Source: Cryomorphaceae bacterium (GTDB lineage Bacteria > Bacteroidota > Bacteroidia > Flavobacteriales > Schleiferiaceae). Taken from it: a DNA stretch of 64,000 nucleotides. Of the stretch, positions 10,260 through 20,294 are shown in pieces. A program made the position numbers and the translations under genes. The notes beneath the pieces were generated by a model that ran no database searches, was not told where the DNA came from, and saw nothing but the letters and a program-made list of their open reading frames with translations. The stretch is taken from positions 9,093 to 73,092 of the forward strand of contig JAHEKP010000001.1 of assembly GCA_024638285.1 (NCBI GenBank), given 5' to 3'. Position 1 is the stretch's first letter, and every line of letters begins with the position of its first letter.

Positions 10260-11789
10260 TTATAATGCGTTGATGTTGTCTAATAGGGATTGGGCTTTTT
10301 CTCGAATTCCAGCTTTCACTGTGGCATTCATTTTATCGTAGGTGCGGTATACCATGCCTAGGCGAAAGTTCGATTGAAGTTTATCGCGCTGGCTATCGAA
10401 GAAATTCCAGTACAATGCGTTGAAAGGACAACTGTCGTCGTCTGTTTTAGTTTTCGGATTGTAGTGGCATTGGTCGCAGTAATCACCCATCTTCTTCATA
10501 TAATTTGCAGAAGAAACATAGGGTTTTGTGGCAATCCAGCCACCATCAGCATATTGACTCATGCCACGGGTATTCGTGATTTCAACCCATTCAAAAGCAT
10601 CGATGTAGATGCCGAGGTACCATAAATCTACTTCATCTGGATCAATTCCCGCTAAAAGCGCAAAATTTCCTGTTACCATGAGCCTTTGAATATGATGTGC
10701 ATAACCGTGGTCCAGGCTTTGCCTGATGGTATGGGATAGACATTTCATTTTTGTTTCCCCGTTCCAAAACCACTGCGGCAGTTTTCGGTCAAATTCAAAG
10801 AAATTTTCCGTTGCAAATTCGGGCATACGATGCCAATAGACACAACGCATAAACTCACGCCATCCTAGTATTTGCCGTATAAAACCTTCTACTGCATTTA
10901 AAGGAATCTCTGGATTCGTTCGGTAAAAGGATTCCACGCGATGACATACTTCTAGCGGCTGTATCATTTTAGTATTTAAAGCGAATGAAATCCGGCTGTG
11001 ATACAACGACCAGCTTTTTGTCGTAAGTGCATCCTGGTAATCTCCAAAAGAATGCAAGCCGTATTGTAGCCAATGGTCGAAAATTTCCCAGGCCTGCTCT
11101 GGTCTTGTGGGCCAATAAAAATGCTTGGGATCTTCTAACTTACCTATGGTTGGGAGTTTCGCTGCAATGGCATCTGCATACGCTTCACTCACATCCGTGC
11201 TGGGTACGAATGGAGGCGGAGGGAGATGGTCCTTTGGGAGTTTCTTTCTGTTTTGAGCGTCGTAGTTCCATTTACCGCCAACGGGCTGTGCTCCATCCAT
11301 TAAGAGACCAGTTCTTTTACGTAAGGCACGATAGAAGGTTTCCATTAAGAAGGTTTTTTTCCCTTTGAAAAGTTCCTGGAATTCAACATTCGAGCTTATG
11401 AAATGCTCGCTAGAAAACCAAGAAATCTCGAACCCTTTGCCATGCAGTTGTTCTAAATCTTTACGCAAACGCCATTCGTCGGGTTCTTGCAGTTCAATAT
11501 GTGTAATGCCGTTTTTTCGTGCTATCGATGTTAAAATACTACGCAAATTGGGTTCATTCCCTTCGAGGATGTTGTGATAGTGCACGTGGTGGCCCAATGA
11601 CTGTAATCTTTGAGCGAATTGACGCATTGCAGAAAGTATCCCAGTGACCTTTTGTATATGATGGGGAGCATAGCTGCCCTCTTCCCGCGATTCGATCATC
11701 ACATACGTGATTTGATCGCTCACAGTTGAAAACCAAGAATGTTGCGCATTGAGCTGATCGCCCAAAATAAGTCGGAGTGTGTTGCCCAT
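10260..11789 (-). CDS. FeS-type bacterial cryptochrome/(6-4) photolyase (FeS-BCP, PhrB/CryB class)
   Basis: LILGDQL, HHIQK, GGKWNYDAQNRK, EGFIRQILGWREF, YAHHIQRLMV, YIDAFEWVE, KPYVSSANY; four candidate 4Fe-4S Cys (MKC, YCDQC, SCPFN). Confidence 0.92.
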   Translation of the reverse strand: MGNTLRLILGDQLNAQHSWFSTVSDQITYVMIESREEGSYAPHHIQKVTGILSAMRQFAQRLQSLGHHVHYHNILEGNEPNLRSILTSIARKNGITHIELQEPDEWRLRKDLEQLHGKGFEISWFSSEHFISSNVEFQELFKGKKTFLMETFYRALRKRTGLLMDGAQPVGGKWNYDAQNRKKLPKDHLPPPPFVPSTDVSEAYADAIAAKLPTIGKLEDPKHFYWPTRPEQAWEIFDHWLQYGLHSFGDYQDALTTKSWSLYHSRISFALNTKMIQPLEVCHRVESFYRTNPEIPLNAVEGFIRQILGWREFMRCVYWHRMPEFATENFFEFDRKLPQWFWNGETKMKCLSHTIRQSLDHGYAHHIQRLMVTGNFALLAGIDPDEVDLWYLGIYIDAFEWVEITNTRGMSQYADGGWIATKPYVSSANYMKKMGDYCDQCHYNPKTKTDDDSCPFNALYWNFFDSQRDKLQSNFRLGMVYRTYDKMNATVKAGIREKAQSLLDNINAL

Positions 11790-11798
11790 TTATGGAAT

Positions 11799-11823
11799 AA
11801 ACGTGGGCTCTTATAAAAAGTTT
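11799..11823 (-). promoter_or_regulatory. ECF-type promoter/operator motif AAAC-N16-CGTTT upstream of the FeS-BCP/cry-DASH operon
   Basis: Minus strand reads AAAC TTTTTATAAGAGCCCA CGTTT, ending 9 nt before the ATG. Confidence 0.6.
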
Positions 11824-11827
11824 AGAC

Positions 11828-11855
11828 AAAAAAAAGGAGCCAATTTCTTGGCTCC
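11828..11855 (-). terminator. Intrinsic terminator (minus strand)
   Basis: GGAGCCAA-GAAA-TTGGCTCC followed by 8 T. Confidence 0.8.
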
Positions 11856-11890
11856 GTACCCCTAACCTAATTCAAAGTTTCCTTTGAATA
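11828..11890 (-). ncRNA. Candidate small RNA of about 60 nt (two GAAA-capped hairpins)
   Basis: ATTCAAAG-GAAA-CTTTGAAT hairpin, TAGGTTAGGGGTAC linker and terminator, preceded by a TTG-N18-TATATTCA promoter-like sequence. It could instead be a 3' UTR. Confidence 0.35.
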
Positions 11891-11992
11891 GGGTGAATAT
11901 AGAATAACTAATTGTATTTCAATGCGATGAGCAGGAAATTAGGGTAAAATACTTTTGTGTTTCGATTTAGACTAAGTATTAAATCTCAATGT

Positions 11993-12574
11993 TTATAAAT
12001 GCACTTTGAATGAGCGAACGACCTGCTCAAGGCATTTTTCGCGCATCAACGAAAACGAATCTGTTGGACAAGGCATTTGCAGTTCTAATAGCAGCCCATT
12101 GGACAAACTATCTCTTACAATCAATTTGTGACCTATGATGTAATCCTCAGGATCTTGTTCGTAGCGCCCGTATGTGATAAACCATTCTTCTACAGTGTCT
12201 TTTTTCTCAGTCACCCAGCTGTCTCGTTTCGCCTTCTGTATATCCATCATGATCTGTGCCGTACGTTGTTCGTCCATTGAAATGTAAGCGCCCTGTCTCT
12301 TGAAAGGATGTACTTTTAATAAGACACTTCCTGTACTATCGTCGTTGTAACGCGCGGCTTCATAGTAGTTGAAGTTTTGTTTGCCAAATTCAGGCATACG
12401 TACAAGGTAATCGTAGCTTAAATTAAAGCTAAAGTCTATGGGGGGAAGTGCGTAGTACTGTGCTTGTTCGAAATTAAACGTGTAGCGCGCATCAAGCTTA
12501 CAGCTATTTTCTTTTGAAGAACTGCAGCCCAGCAATAAGGCTGCAATCAATATTGCAATTATCTTCGCTTTCAT
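11993..12574 (-). CDS. Hypothetical lipoprotein
   Basis: Lipoprotein signal MKAKIIAILIAALLLG-C; 193-aa ORF. Confidence 0.7.
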   Translation of the reverse strand: MKAKIIAILIAALLLGCSSSKENSCKLDARYTFNFEQAQYYALPPIDFSFNLSYDYLVRMPEFGKQNFNYYEAARYNDDSTGSVLLKVHPFKRQGAYISMDEQRTAQIMMDIQKAKRDSWVTEKKDTVEEWFITYGRYEQDPEDYIIGHKLIVRDSLSNGLLLELQMPCPTDSFSLMREKCLEQVVRSFKVHL

Positions 12575-12575
12575 A

Positions 12576-14117
12576 ATGTCTGATCAATTCACATATTCAC
12601 TGCTTCCTCATGAGGAAACCGGCGTTCCTTCAAAAGTAATGAAGGACCTCATAGCCGGAGGAACTTTTCTGGAATCAATTGCGAAAGCTCCTTACCATTG
12701 GGAGTCTTTTGCAGCGCAAGCCAATGCTCAGATGAACTATTCTTCTGAGATTAGAGAAATTGTTGCGAAATCATTCGAGCACCAAAATGCCCATAGCACA
12801 CCATCAGAAAATGCTTCGATTGCTGCATTTCGCAGCGGTGCACTGAGTGTTACAACGGGGCACCAATTAATGGTATGTGGTGGAACAGTATTTTTTGAAG
12901 CTAAAGTTTTGGGTGCTGTGGCACTTGCAAAAGCAGCTTCTAAAGCACTCGGAGTAGATGTAGTTCCTATATTTTGGATGGCCACAGAAGATCACGATTT
13001 TGAGGAAATATCTAGCTTTAGCATAGGCCAGCACACATTCACTTGGGAGTATCCCGATGCTAAAGGTCCAGTGGGTTGTTTACCTACGGATGGTTTAGCG
13101 GAGCAATTAGAACATTGGCTCGAAAACGTGCCACTCAACGAGGCGCAGAGAAAACTGCTCCAACCTCGTCTTCAAGCCTACAAGGAATGCGGAAATCTTG
13201 CAGATGCGACCCGGCAATGGGTTCGCCAATGGTCGGAAGGATTAGGTCTTCTGGTCCTTGATGGACAGGACGCCACCTTAAAGGGGGCTGCAGCACCACT
13301 TTGGTCGGCAGAAATGGAGGGTGATTATTCGGAGCTCATTCACAAACAAACCGAAGCTTTGGTATCGAATGGCTATCAAGCTCAAGTATTCCCGCGTGAA
13401 ATCAATCTCTTTGATTTGCGCGATGGTGGCCGCCAGCGATTTGAGCAAGCGGATCATCGGTGTCCGCCAGAGCATATTAGTCCAAACGCCTTAATGCGCC
13501 CGTTGTATCAAGAGTATTTATTGCCAAATCTCGCTTATGTTGGTGGGGGAGGTGAACTTGCGTATTGGCTGCAACTTGGAGAAGCTTTCAAAAAAATGGA
13601 TCGACCAATGCCGGTGCTTTATCTACGTGATAGTCTGTTCATTCAAAACGCGAAACTGCAGCGTGCCTTAGATAAAATTGGACAACCGCTATCGGCCATA
13701 TTGAACCATTCTGTGGAGGCTTTAAAAAAGCAATTTATAGCGAATCATCTTTCTTTACAAGCAGAAGGGGAAGCCTTGCAACTGCCATTAGAGGCTGGTA
13801 TTGATCAATGGAATTCCTCGTTAAAATCGGCCTATCCAGAGTTGGAACAGCATGCACAAGCCTTGCGCGTGAAGATGATAAAACTAGCTCAACGTACCGC
13901 TGAGACTCGTTACAGGGCTCAAAAAAGACGTCATGCAGAAGTGATGGAGGCCGTTGATACGGTGTATGCGATGGTTTATCCTGATGGGGCGTTCTGGGAA
14001 CGAAAAGCATCCTATGCAGATCTTGTAGGCGCTTTAGGGGCTGATCCTCGAGACGAAATCGTTGAAAACATGTCAGCAATAAAGGCAGGAACTTGGGTGC
14101 TGAGCAGTAAAAAATAG
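12576..14117 (+). CDS. bshC: Bacillithiol biosynthesis cysteine-adding enzyme BshC
   Basis: VTTGHQL, VPIFWMATEDHDFEEI, SPNALMRPLYQEYLLPNLAYVGGGGELAYWLQL, P.G..WER. Confidence 0.9.
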   Translation: MSDQFTYSLLPHEETGVPSKVMKDLIAGGTFLESIAKAPYHWESFAAQANAQMNYSSEIREIVAKSFEHQNAHSTPSENASIAAFRSGALSVTTGHQLMVCGGTVFFEAKVLGAVALAKAASKALGVDVVPIFWMATEDHDFEEISSFSIGQHTFTWEYPDAKGPVGCLPTDGLAEQLEHWLENVPLNEAQRKLLQPRLQAYKECGNLADATRQWVRQWSEGLGLLVLDGQDATLKGAAAPLWSAEMEGDYSELIHKQTEALVSNGYQAQVFPREINLFDLRDGGRQRFEQADHRCPPEHISPNALMRPLYQEYLLPNLAYVGGGGELAYWLQLGEAFKKMDRPMPVLYLRDSLFIQNAKLQRALDKIGQPLSAILNHSVEALKKQFIANHLSLQAEGEALQLPLEAGIDQWNSSLKSAYPELEQHAQALRVKMIKLAQRTAETRYRAQKRRHAEVMEAVDTVYAMVYPDGAFWERKASYADLVGALGADPRDEIVENMSAIKAGTWVLSSKK

Positions 14118-14132
14118 TGGTATTTTTGCTGG

Positions 14133-15662
14133 ATGCAAGAAACCATTTTGATCCTCGACTTCGGTTCACAATACACGCAGCTTATTGCGCGTAGGGTTCG
14201 TGAACTCAATGTATATTGTGAAATCCATCCGTTTAATAACCCGCCAGAAATCACTTCAGATGTTAAAGGCGTTATCCTGAGCGGTTCACCCTACAGCACA
14301 CTTCAAGAAGATGCCCCTCAGTTTGACCTGAGTGGGATTAAAGGCAACCTCCCCCTTTTAGGAGTCTGTTATGGTGCCCAGTACATGGCCCTAACTTCAG
14401 GAGGTAAAGTTGCACCTAGTGAAATTCGTGAGTACGGTCGTGCCAATCTTAGCGCAGTCTCCTCCTCAGATACCTTGTTTGGAGGCGTTAATGAAGGTTC
14501 TCAGGTCTGGATGAGTCACGGTGATACGATCATGGAACTTCCAGAAGGTTTTGAGATCATTGCCTCAACACACGATGTGCGTGTCGCGGGCTATAAGGTA
14601 AATGATGAGCCTACGTACGGCATTCAGTTCCACCCTGAAGTCTATCATAGTACAGACGGGACGCAGTTACTAAAAAATTTCCTGTACGATATCGTTGGAG
14701 TAGTGGGCGACTGGACACCCGCACATTTTGTCGATGAAACGGTTGCCGCTCTGAAAGAGCAGTTGGGCACTGATAAGGTCGTTCTTGGTTTAAGTGGCGG
14801 TGTGGATAGTTCGGTTGCCGCCATGTTATTACACAAGGCAATAGGGAAAAATTTGTATTGCATCTTTGTGAATAACGGCTTACTGCGCAAGAACGAATTC
14901 ACGGATGTGCTCAAGCAATACGAAGGAATGGGATTGAATGTAAAAGGTGTGGACGCATCGGACCAATTCCTTTCTGCACTTGCAGGAATGGAAGAACCCG
15001 AAGCTAAGCGCAAAGCCATAGGCCGAGTATTTATTGAAGTTTTTGATCAAGAAGCACATTTGATTGAAGATGTCACATGGTTAGCTCAGGGTACAATCTA
15101 TCCAGATATTATTGAGAGTATTAGCGTAAACGGTCCTTCAGCAACCATAAAAAGTCACCACAACGTCGGTGGTTTACCTGATTTCATGAAACTGAAAGTA
15201 GTTGAGCCATTGAAGACCTTATTCAAGGATGAAGTGCGTCGTGTTGGCGCATCAATGGATATGGCCGCAGAACTTTTAGGACGTCACCCTTTTCCAGGTC
15301 CTGGTCTAGCTATCCGCATTTTAGGTGATATCACTGCGGAAAAAGTTGCTATTTTACAAGAGGTTGATTACATCTTCATTCAAGGACTCAAGGACGAAGG
15401 TCTTTATGATCGCGTTTGGCAGGCGGGGAGTATTTTGCTTCCTGTGAATTCTGTGGGAGTAATGGGCGATGAACGTACCTATGAAAAAGTGGTAGCATTG
15501 CGTGCGGTAGAAAGTACAGATGGCATGACTGCGGACTGGGTACACTTACCATATGAGTTTCTTGCGAAAGTGAGTAATCAAATTATTAATAAGGTTAAAG
15601 GTGTGAACCGGGTTGTATATGATATCAGCTCAAAACCACCAGCCACGATCGAATGGGAATAA
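14133..15662 (+). CDS. guaA: GMP synthase (glutamine-hydrolysing)
   Basis: [61 protein letters not shown]. Confidence 0.98.
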   Translation: MQETILILDFGSQYTQLIARRVRELNVYCEIHPFNNPPEITSDVKGVILSGSPYSTLQEDAPQFDLSGIKGNLPLLGVCYGAQYMALTSGGKVAPSEIREYGRANLSAVSSSDTLFGGVNEGSQVWMSHGDTIMELPEGFEIIASTHDVRVAGYKVNDEPTYGIQFHPEVYHSTDGTQLLKNFLYDIVGVVGDWTPAHFVDETVAALKEQLGTDKVVLGLSGGVDSSVAAMLLHKAIGKNLYCIFVNNGLLRKNEFTDVLKQYEGMGLNVKGVDASDQFLSALAGMEEPEAKRKAIGRVFIEVFDQEAHLIEDVTWLAQGTIYPDIIESISVNGPSATIKSHHNVGGLPDFMKLKVVEPLKTLFKDEVRRVGASMDMAAELLGRHPFPGPGLAIRILGDITAEKVAILQEVDYIFIQGLKDEGLYDRVWQAGSILLPVNSVGVMGDERTYEKVVALRAVESTDGMTADWVHLPYEFLAKVSNQIINKVKGVNRVVYDISSKPPATIEWE

Positions 15663-17182
15663 AACATTTACTTTTTCTTTGCTTTTTTGCAAGTACTACA
15701 TCGCTCAGTGCGCAATCGGTTACTGAACATGTGGTAGTTAAAGGGAATACACTGTATTCACTTTCAAAACAGTATGGAATTACAGTAGATGCGCTTCTTG
15801 AAGCGAACCCACAGATTGTAGGTACCACACTTTCTTTGAACGATGTTCTTATAGTACCATCGCCTGTTCCGCAGAATTCTTTGCCGGCAAACACGGAAGT
15901 TTTAAAAGCGGAATCTCAGGATTCAGTGCAGCCTAACCCGAGATTTGAAATCTATAAAGTGCGTCGTGGGGATACCCCTGAGACTTTAGCAAAAGAGTGG
16001 GGTTTTTCGGATATGGTTTCTTTTTACCGTATTAACCCAGATGCGCGCACGGATTGGAAACGCGGTTTACAATTGGTTAAACCCATGAATAAAGTTGCCC
16101 TAAGTAAAGCCACCAGTGATACGCTCGTGGTAAGCGCAGCGTTGCCTCAGGATACATTGGGTGAACAACCGGACAGCACTAAAACTGGTCTAAATATTTT
16201 AGGGGTTTTGCCTTTTTTTCATATCGATTATATTAATGAAACGGCATTGGCTAAGCGCAGTCCTGTAGCTATGAGTTTACGTATGGGTATGGAATTCGCA
16301 GCTCATTTGCATAGCGATAGTACTTTTAAGGTAAGGCTAGATTTCGTCGACTCGCACAACCATCAAGATTCATTGAAGAAAGCTATAGACTCCCTGAAAA
16401 TAGAGCAATATGACCTCTTGCTAGGACCGCTTTATTCTAAACGGGTACAGCAGATCGCCGATTATGGTGTTGCAGAAAAATCGGTCAATTTGATGAGCAA
16501 AAGTGCTGGGATCAATGATCTAGAAGTGTATAATGCTGTTGTGGCAGAAGAAGATTTTTATCGGTCTCTTCGCACCTTGATCAACGAACGCGGTGCGAAA
16601 GATGTTCGTCGTATTCCTTTGATAGTCACAAAGTTAAGAACAGCGGCTTGCGATTCATTTTTTGAAGGATTTACGAATCCAAATAAACAGTTAGTGACTA
16701 ATGGTTCAAAATGGGAGTCTAACGAATCCTTATCGAGACTGGTGACTAATGCTCATTATGAATTGGTCATTTATGATAATGACCCCGCGTTTATTCTAGA
16801 TGTACTCCGAAATTTACGAATGGGTAACGCTTCATATTCCCTGTATGCTACGGAATACCAGCTTTTTAATAGTGGAATCACTAACGATAATTTCATGCGA
16901 GAAGCTGAGGTGATCTGTGCGATGTCTTCCTATATGTCGTATCAGGATTCGAAAACACTTTTATTTGTAGAAGCCTTCAGAGCGTATTTTGGCGTTGAGC
17001 CTAACCTCTATGCCATACGAGGGTATGATATCGCGGATTATCATATTATTAGACAGCGCTACGGAGAAGTTCGGATGCGTGGAATTTACCTAGGATTTGA
17101 CCATAGTCAGGGCAAGCAAAACAAATGGGTTGAATTACGTCAGTTTGATAATTTTGAGTGGAGTATACTCCAGGAACTGTAG
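15653..17182 (+). CDS. LysM-domain protein with C-terminal PBP1-like domain
   Basis: Signal peptide, two LysM-like repeats ([27 protein letters not shown]), then LPF..., LLLGPLY and YAIRGYD as in the flavobacterial guaA-adjacent LysM/PBP1 protein. Confidence 0.75.
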   Translation: MGIKHLLFLCFFASTTSLSAQSVTEHVVVKGNTLYSLSKQYGITVDALLEANPQIVGTTLSLNDVLIVPSPVPQNSLPANTEVLKAESQDSVQPNPRFEIYKVRRGDTPETLAKEWGFSDMVSFYRINPDARTDWKRGLQLVKPMNKVALSKATSDTLVVSAALPQDTLGEQPDSTKTGLNILGVLPFFHIDYINETALAKRSPVAMSLRMGMEFAAHLHSDSTFKVRLDFVDSHNHQDSLKKAIDSLKIEQYDLLLGPLYSKRVQQIADYGVAEKSVNLMSKSAGINDLEVYNAVVAEEDFYRSLRTLINERGAKDVRRIPLIVTKLRTAACDSFFEGFTNPNKQLVTNGSKWESNESLSRLVTNAHYELVIYDNDPAFILDVLRNLRMGNASYSLYATEYQLFNSGITNDNFMREAEVICAMSSYMSYQDSKTLLFVEAFRAYFGVEPNLYAIRGYDIADYHIIRQRYGEVRMRGIYLGFDHSQGKQNKWVELRQFDNFEWSILQEL

Positions 17183-17183
17183 C

Positions 17184-17208
17184 GAACAAAAACAGTTCTG
17201 CTTCGTTT
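17184..17208 (+). promoter_or_regulatory. ECF-type promoter/operator motif GAAC-N16-CGTTT upstream of the bcp-crtZ-cyclase genes
   Basis: GAAC AAAAACAGTTCTGCTT CGTTT, ending 24 nt before ATG 17233. Confidence 0.6.
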
Positions 17209-17232
17209 TATACACAACGAAAAGCCCTAATC

Positions 17233-17700
17233 ATGCCCAATAACCCCATAAGAGTAGGCGATGCATTGCCTGAATTTACCCTAGTAGATCAAAGCAATAC
17301 GCCCGTTAGTACCGCAGATTTTAAAGGTCAGCCGCTAGTTATTTTCTTTTATCCAAAAGACCATACGCCGGGTTGTACAGCACAAGCTTGTGATTTTAGA
17401 AATTACGAAAGTGAATTTCAGGCTGTTGGTGCTCAGGTAATAGGTATTAATGAAGCCTCTGTAGAATCGCACAAGGGATTTGCAGCTAAACACAACCTAA
17501 AGTATCCCATTCTCAGTGATCCGGGTCACAAGGTGAGAAAGTCCTTTGGCGCTCCTGGTCTGTTGTTCAACACTGTAGCGAACAGAATCACCTATGTAAC
17601 TGATGATAACCATCGGGTAGTTTATATCTTTAAAAGTCTTTTGCGTGCAACCGATCATGTGGAAGAAAGTTTGGCTTTTTTAAAATCAGTAGTAAAATGA
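17233..17700 (+). CDS. bcp: Peroxiredoxin, Bcp/PrxQ type
   Basis: FFYPKDHTPGCTAQACDFR (CxxxxC), YPILSD. Start reset to ATG 17233. Confidence 0.9.
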   Translation: MPNNPIRVGDALPEFTLVDQSNTPVSTADFKGQPLVIFFYPKDHTPGCTAQACDFRNYESEFQAVGAQVIGINEASVESHKGFAAKHNLKYPILSDPGHKVRKSFGAPGLLFNTVANRITYVTDDNHRVVYIFKSLLRATDHVEESLAFLKSVVK

Positions 17701-18164
17701 CAACCCTTGAATTTTTCTTGACGTTGCTGACCTTCTTTGTTATGGAGGGTGTGGCTTGGGCTGCACATAAGTACCTGATGCATGGATTCTTGTGGTTCTT
17801 ACATGATGACCATCACACCAAAACTCCGGGCGCACTGGAAAAGAATGATACGTTCTTTCTCATTTTCGCCATACCCTCATGGCTCTGCATCATGCTCGGT
17901 CTGATGTATGGCGCGGGTATTAGCGTTGCTATAGGTGCGGGTATAGCGCTTTATGGTTTTGCATATGCCATGGTCCACGAATTATTTATTCATCAACGCA
18001 TTCCGTTATTCAAACAGACAAAATCTACCTATCTTGAAGCCATACGTCTTGCCCACAAAATGCACCATAGGCACTTAGGTAAAGAACATGGGGAAAACTT
18101 TGGAATGCTGTGGGTCCATCCTAAATACATTAAACAAGTACGTGCTTTACGTGCTCAATCATAA
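17697..18164 (+). CDS. crtZ: Beta-carotene 3-hydroxylase
   Basis: MEGVAWAAHKYLMHGFLWFLHDDHH, EKND, VHELFIHQR, AHKMHH, FGML; ATGA overlap with bcp. Confidence 0.92.
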   Translation: MTTLEFFLTLLTFFVMEGVAWAAHKYLMHGFLWFLHDDHHTKTPGALEKNDTFFLIFAIPSWLCIMLGLMYGAGISVAIGAGIALYGFAYAMVHELFIHQRIPLFKQTKSTYLEAIRLAHKMHHRHLGKEHGENFGMLWVHPKYIKQVRALRAQS

Positions 18165-18170
18165 CTGTTT

Positions 18171-18878
18171 GTGTTAGAAACAAAATGGCTATATCTGTTG
18201 CTCAATCTGGGGACACTGACTGTTCCCTTATTGCGCAGTTTTGAGCCAAGGATTGCGTATTACAAAACATTTGGTTCGCTGGCAAAGTCCATGCTAATCA
18301 TTAGCAGTTTTTTTATCGTTTGGGATATTGGGTTTACTGAATGGGGTGTTTGGGGCTTTACCCCAGCTTATTTAAGTGGGATCTATCTTTTCGGTTTACC
18401 GCTCGGTGAATACCTCTTTTTTATTACCGTTCCCTTTGCCTGTATTTTCATTTACAAGTGCATGGAGCTTTTCTTCCCAAAGGGAATAATCACAGCAAAT
18501 TTAGCAGGGAAAATTTCTCAATTACTCATCCCATTCTGCTTGGCCGTAGGAATTCTATCTTACGACAAGAGTTACACCGCATCTACTTTTATTTTGTTAG
18601 GACTTTCGCTAATCTACGTCAGCTGGATTGCGAAATGCAGTTGGTTGCCTCGCTTTTACGAGAGTTATGCGGTTTCATTGATTCCCTTTTTTTTGAAAAA
18701 TGGTATTCTAACGGGCTCATTTCTAGAGACACAGGTAGTATGGTACAATAACAACGAAAATTTGAGAATTCGACTAGGTACGATCCCATTTGAAGATGTT
18801 TTCTATGGCATGCTCCTCATTCTAGGCACCTTGTTTTTTTATGAAAGATTCGAAGCGACCCGAAAGAGCCGTCTTTAA
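18171..18878 (+). CDS. Membrane lycopene cyclase (fused CrtYc/d type)
   Basis: Two lycopene-cyclase repeats (FFIVWD...GVWGF...GLPLGEYLFF; NGILTG..VVWYN...RLGTIPFEDVFYG); follows crtZ. Confidence 0.85.
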   Translation: MLETKWLYLLLNLGTLTVPLLRSFEPRIAYYKTFGSLAKSMLIISSFFIVWDIGFTEWGVWGFTPAYLSGIYLFGLPLGEYLFFITVPFACIFIYKCMELFFPKGIITANLAGKISQLLIPFCLAVGILSYDKSYTASTFILLGLSLIYVSWIAKCSWLPRFYESYAVSLIPFFLKNGILTGSFLETQVVWYNNNENLRIRLGTIPFEDVFYGMLLILGTLFFYERFEATRKSRL

Positions 18879-18955
18879 CAAATATCATCTTCTAACGATT
18901 TAGGTGAAGCGTCAAAGATTTATCTTTAATTAAAATCTAAACCGCTACTCGCTCT

Positions 18956-19666
18956 ATGGAGGTTCTCTTTAGTCCAGAAGGATTATTGTCGTTACTTACT
19001 TTGACTTTTCTAGAAATCGTTTTAGGAATTGACAATATCATCTTTATTTCTTTGATTTCTAATGACCTGAAATCTTCACAACAGCCACTAGCGAGACGAC
19101 TAGGCTTAGGACTCGCATTAGGCTTTCGAATAGTAATGCTTTTGGGCATCACGTGGTTGATAGGTTTAACGGATCCTATCTTCACTATTGGTGATCACCC
19201 TGTTTCGGGTAGAGATGCAATCCTTTTTATAGGTGGTATGTTCTTATTAGCAAAGTCTTCAACAGAAATTGTTAAAAAAACGGAAGGGAAGGAACACGGT
19301 GACCATAGTAAGAAGCCTAAATCTTTATTAGGTGTTGTAATCCAAATAGGTCTGCTGGATATTGTCTTCAGTTTTGATAGCGTTTTAACCGCAATTGGGA
19401 TGACTCATGAATTGGTCATCATGATAGTTGCTGTGATAATTTCAATGGTGATCATGCTGGCGTTTGCAAAACCTATTGCAGAGTTTATTGAGCGCCATAT
19501 GAGTTTACAAATCCTTGCATTGGCCTTTTTAATTATGATCGGAATGGTGCTTATTGCGGAGAGTGCTCACGTTGAAATTCCGAAACCTTATGTGTACAGT
19601 TCTGTAGGCTTTGCCTTGATTGTTCAACTGCTCAGTATTCGTGCAGCTGAGCGAAATAAGCAATGA
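18956..19666 (+). CDS. TerC family membrane protein
   Basis: LEIVLGIDNIIFI, GRDAILFIGG.FLLAKS, LDIVFSFDSVLTAIGM, LALAFLIMIG. Confidence 0.92.
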   Translation: MEVLFSPEGLLSLLTLTFLEIVLGIDNIIFISLISNDLKSSQQPLARRLGLGLALGFRIVMLLGITWLIGLTDPIFTIGDHPVSGRDAILFIGGMFLLAKSSTEIVKKTEGKEHGDHSKKPKSLLGVVIQIGLLDIVFSFDSVLTAIGMTHELVIMIVAVIISMVIMLAFAKPIAEFIERHMSLQILALAFLIMIGMVLIAESAHVEIPKPYVYSSVGFALIVQLLSIRAAERNKQ

Positions 19667-20236
19667 TTATTGGAATCGGCCCACGAGTCTGAAGTAGTCC
19701 TTAAATACTTCAAAATTCGCTTTTTCATTCCCTTGCGTGCCATAAAGCAATAATGAATCTTGACCTTGTACTATGAACGCACGGTGGTATTCAAAGGCGT
19801 TTTGAAAGAGTAAGGCGGCTAATTGGTAATGCTGTTCAAAGTCCATCTTATCCAGATAGATGTTCACTACGTTGGTATCTACGCGAACGGTTACCGTATC
19901 TCTAAAAAACTTTCTTGCGCTTGGTTCAGCGACAATGTAGGCTTCATCTGCACGCCAGTTATTAACTATTGCAAAGTTCAGGAAGGGTACCGTAGTATCT
20001 CTGAGGCATTTTAAAGATCGGTGCGTTTTGAAACCTTGTGCAGTCAGCTCTGTTCTTTCGTCGGTGCGGTACTTATAGATACGTGTATTGTTGAAGAAAA
20101 TCTCATCACTTTCTAGCACAGAATAATCCGCAGGTGCTCGCCAATCAATAAGTTTGTGTTCATAAGGCCATATAATGGTAAGCAGTACAATGGCGCCAAT
20201 AAATGCGAGTGCGTAGGTATAGAGTTTCTTTTCCAC
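19667..20236 (-). CDS. Hypothetical protein with N-terminal membrane anchor
   Basis: 189-aa ORF that fills the gap between terC and crtD; hydrophobic N-terminal segment. Confidence 0.65.
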   Translation of the reverse strand: MEKKLYTYALAFIGAIVLLTIIWPYEHKLIDWRAPADYSVLESDEIFFNNTRIYKYRTDERTELTAQGFKTHRSLKCLRDTTVPFLNFAIVNNWRADEAYIVAEPSARKFFRDTVTVRVDTNVVNIYLDKMDFEQHYQLAALLFQNAFEYHRAFIVQGQDSLLLYGTQGNEKANFEVFKDYFRLVGRFQ

Positions 20237-20243
20237 GATAGAA

Positions 20244-20268
20244 CAACAATATCAATTCATGCTTGTTT
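20244..20268 (+). promoter_or_regulatory. ECF-type promoter/operator motif CAAC-N16-TGTTT upstream of crtD-cruF
   Basis: CAAC AATATCAATTCATGCT TGTTT, ending 26 nt before ATG 20295. Confidence 0.5.
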
Positions 20269-20294
20269 ATTAAGTACCTCAAATAAAATAGTTC

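Noticed and set aside
12576..14117. Bacillithiol gene outside Firmicutes as a novelty
   Set aside because: bsh genes are known to be widespread in Bacteroidota.
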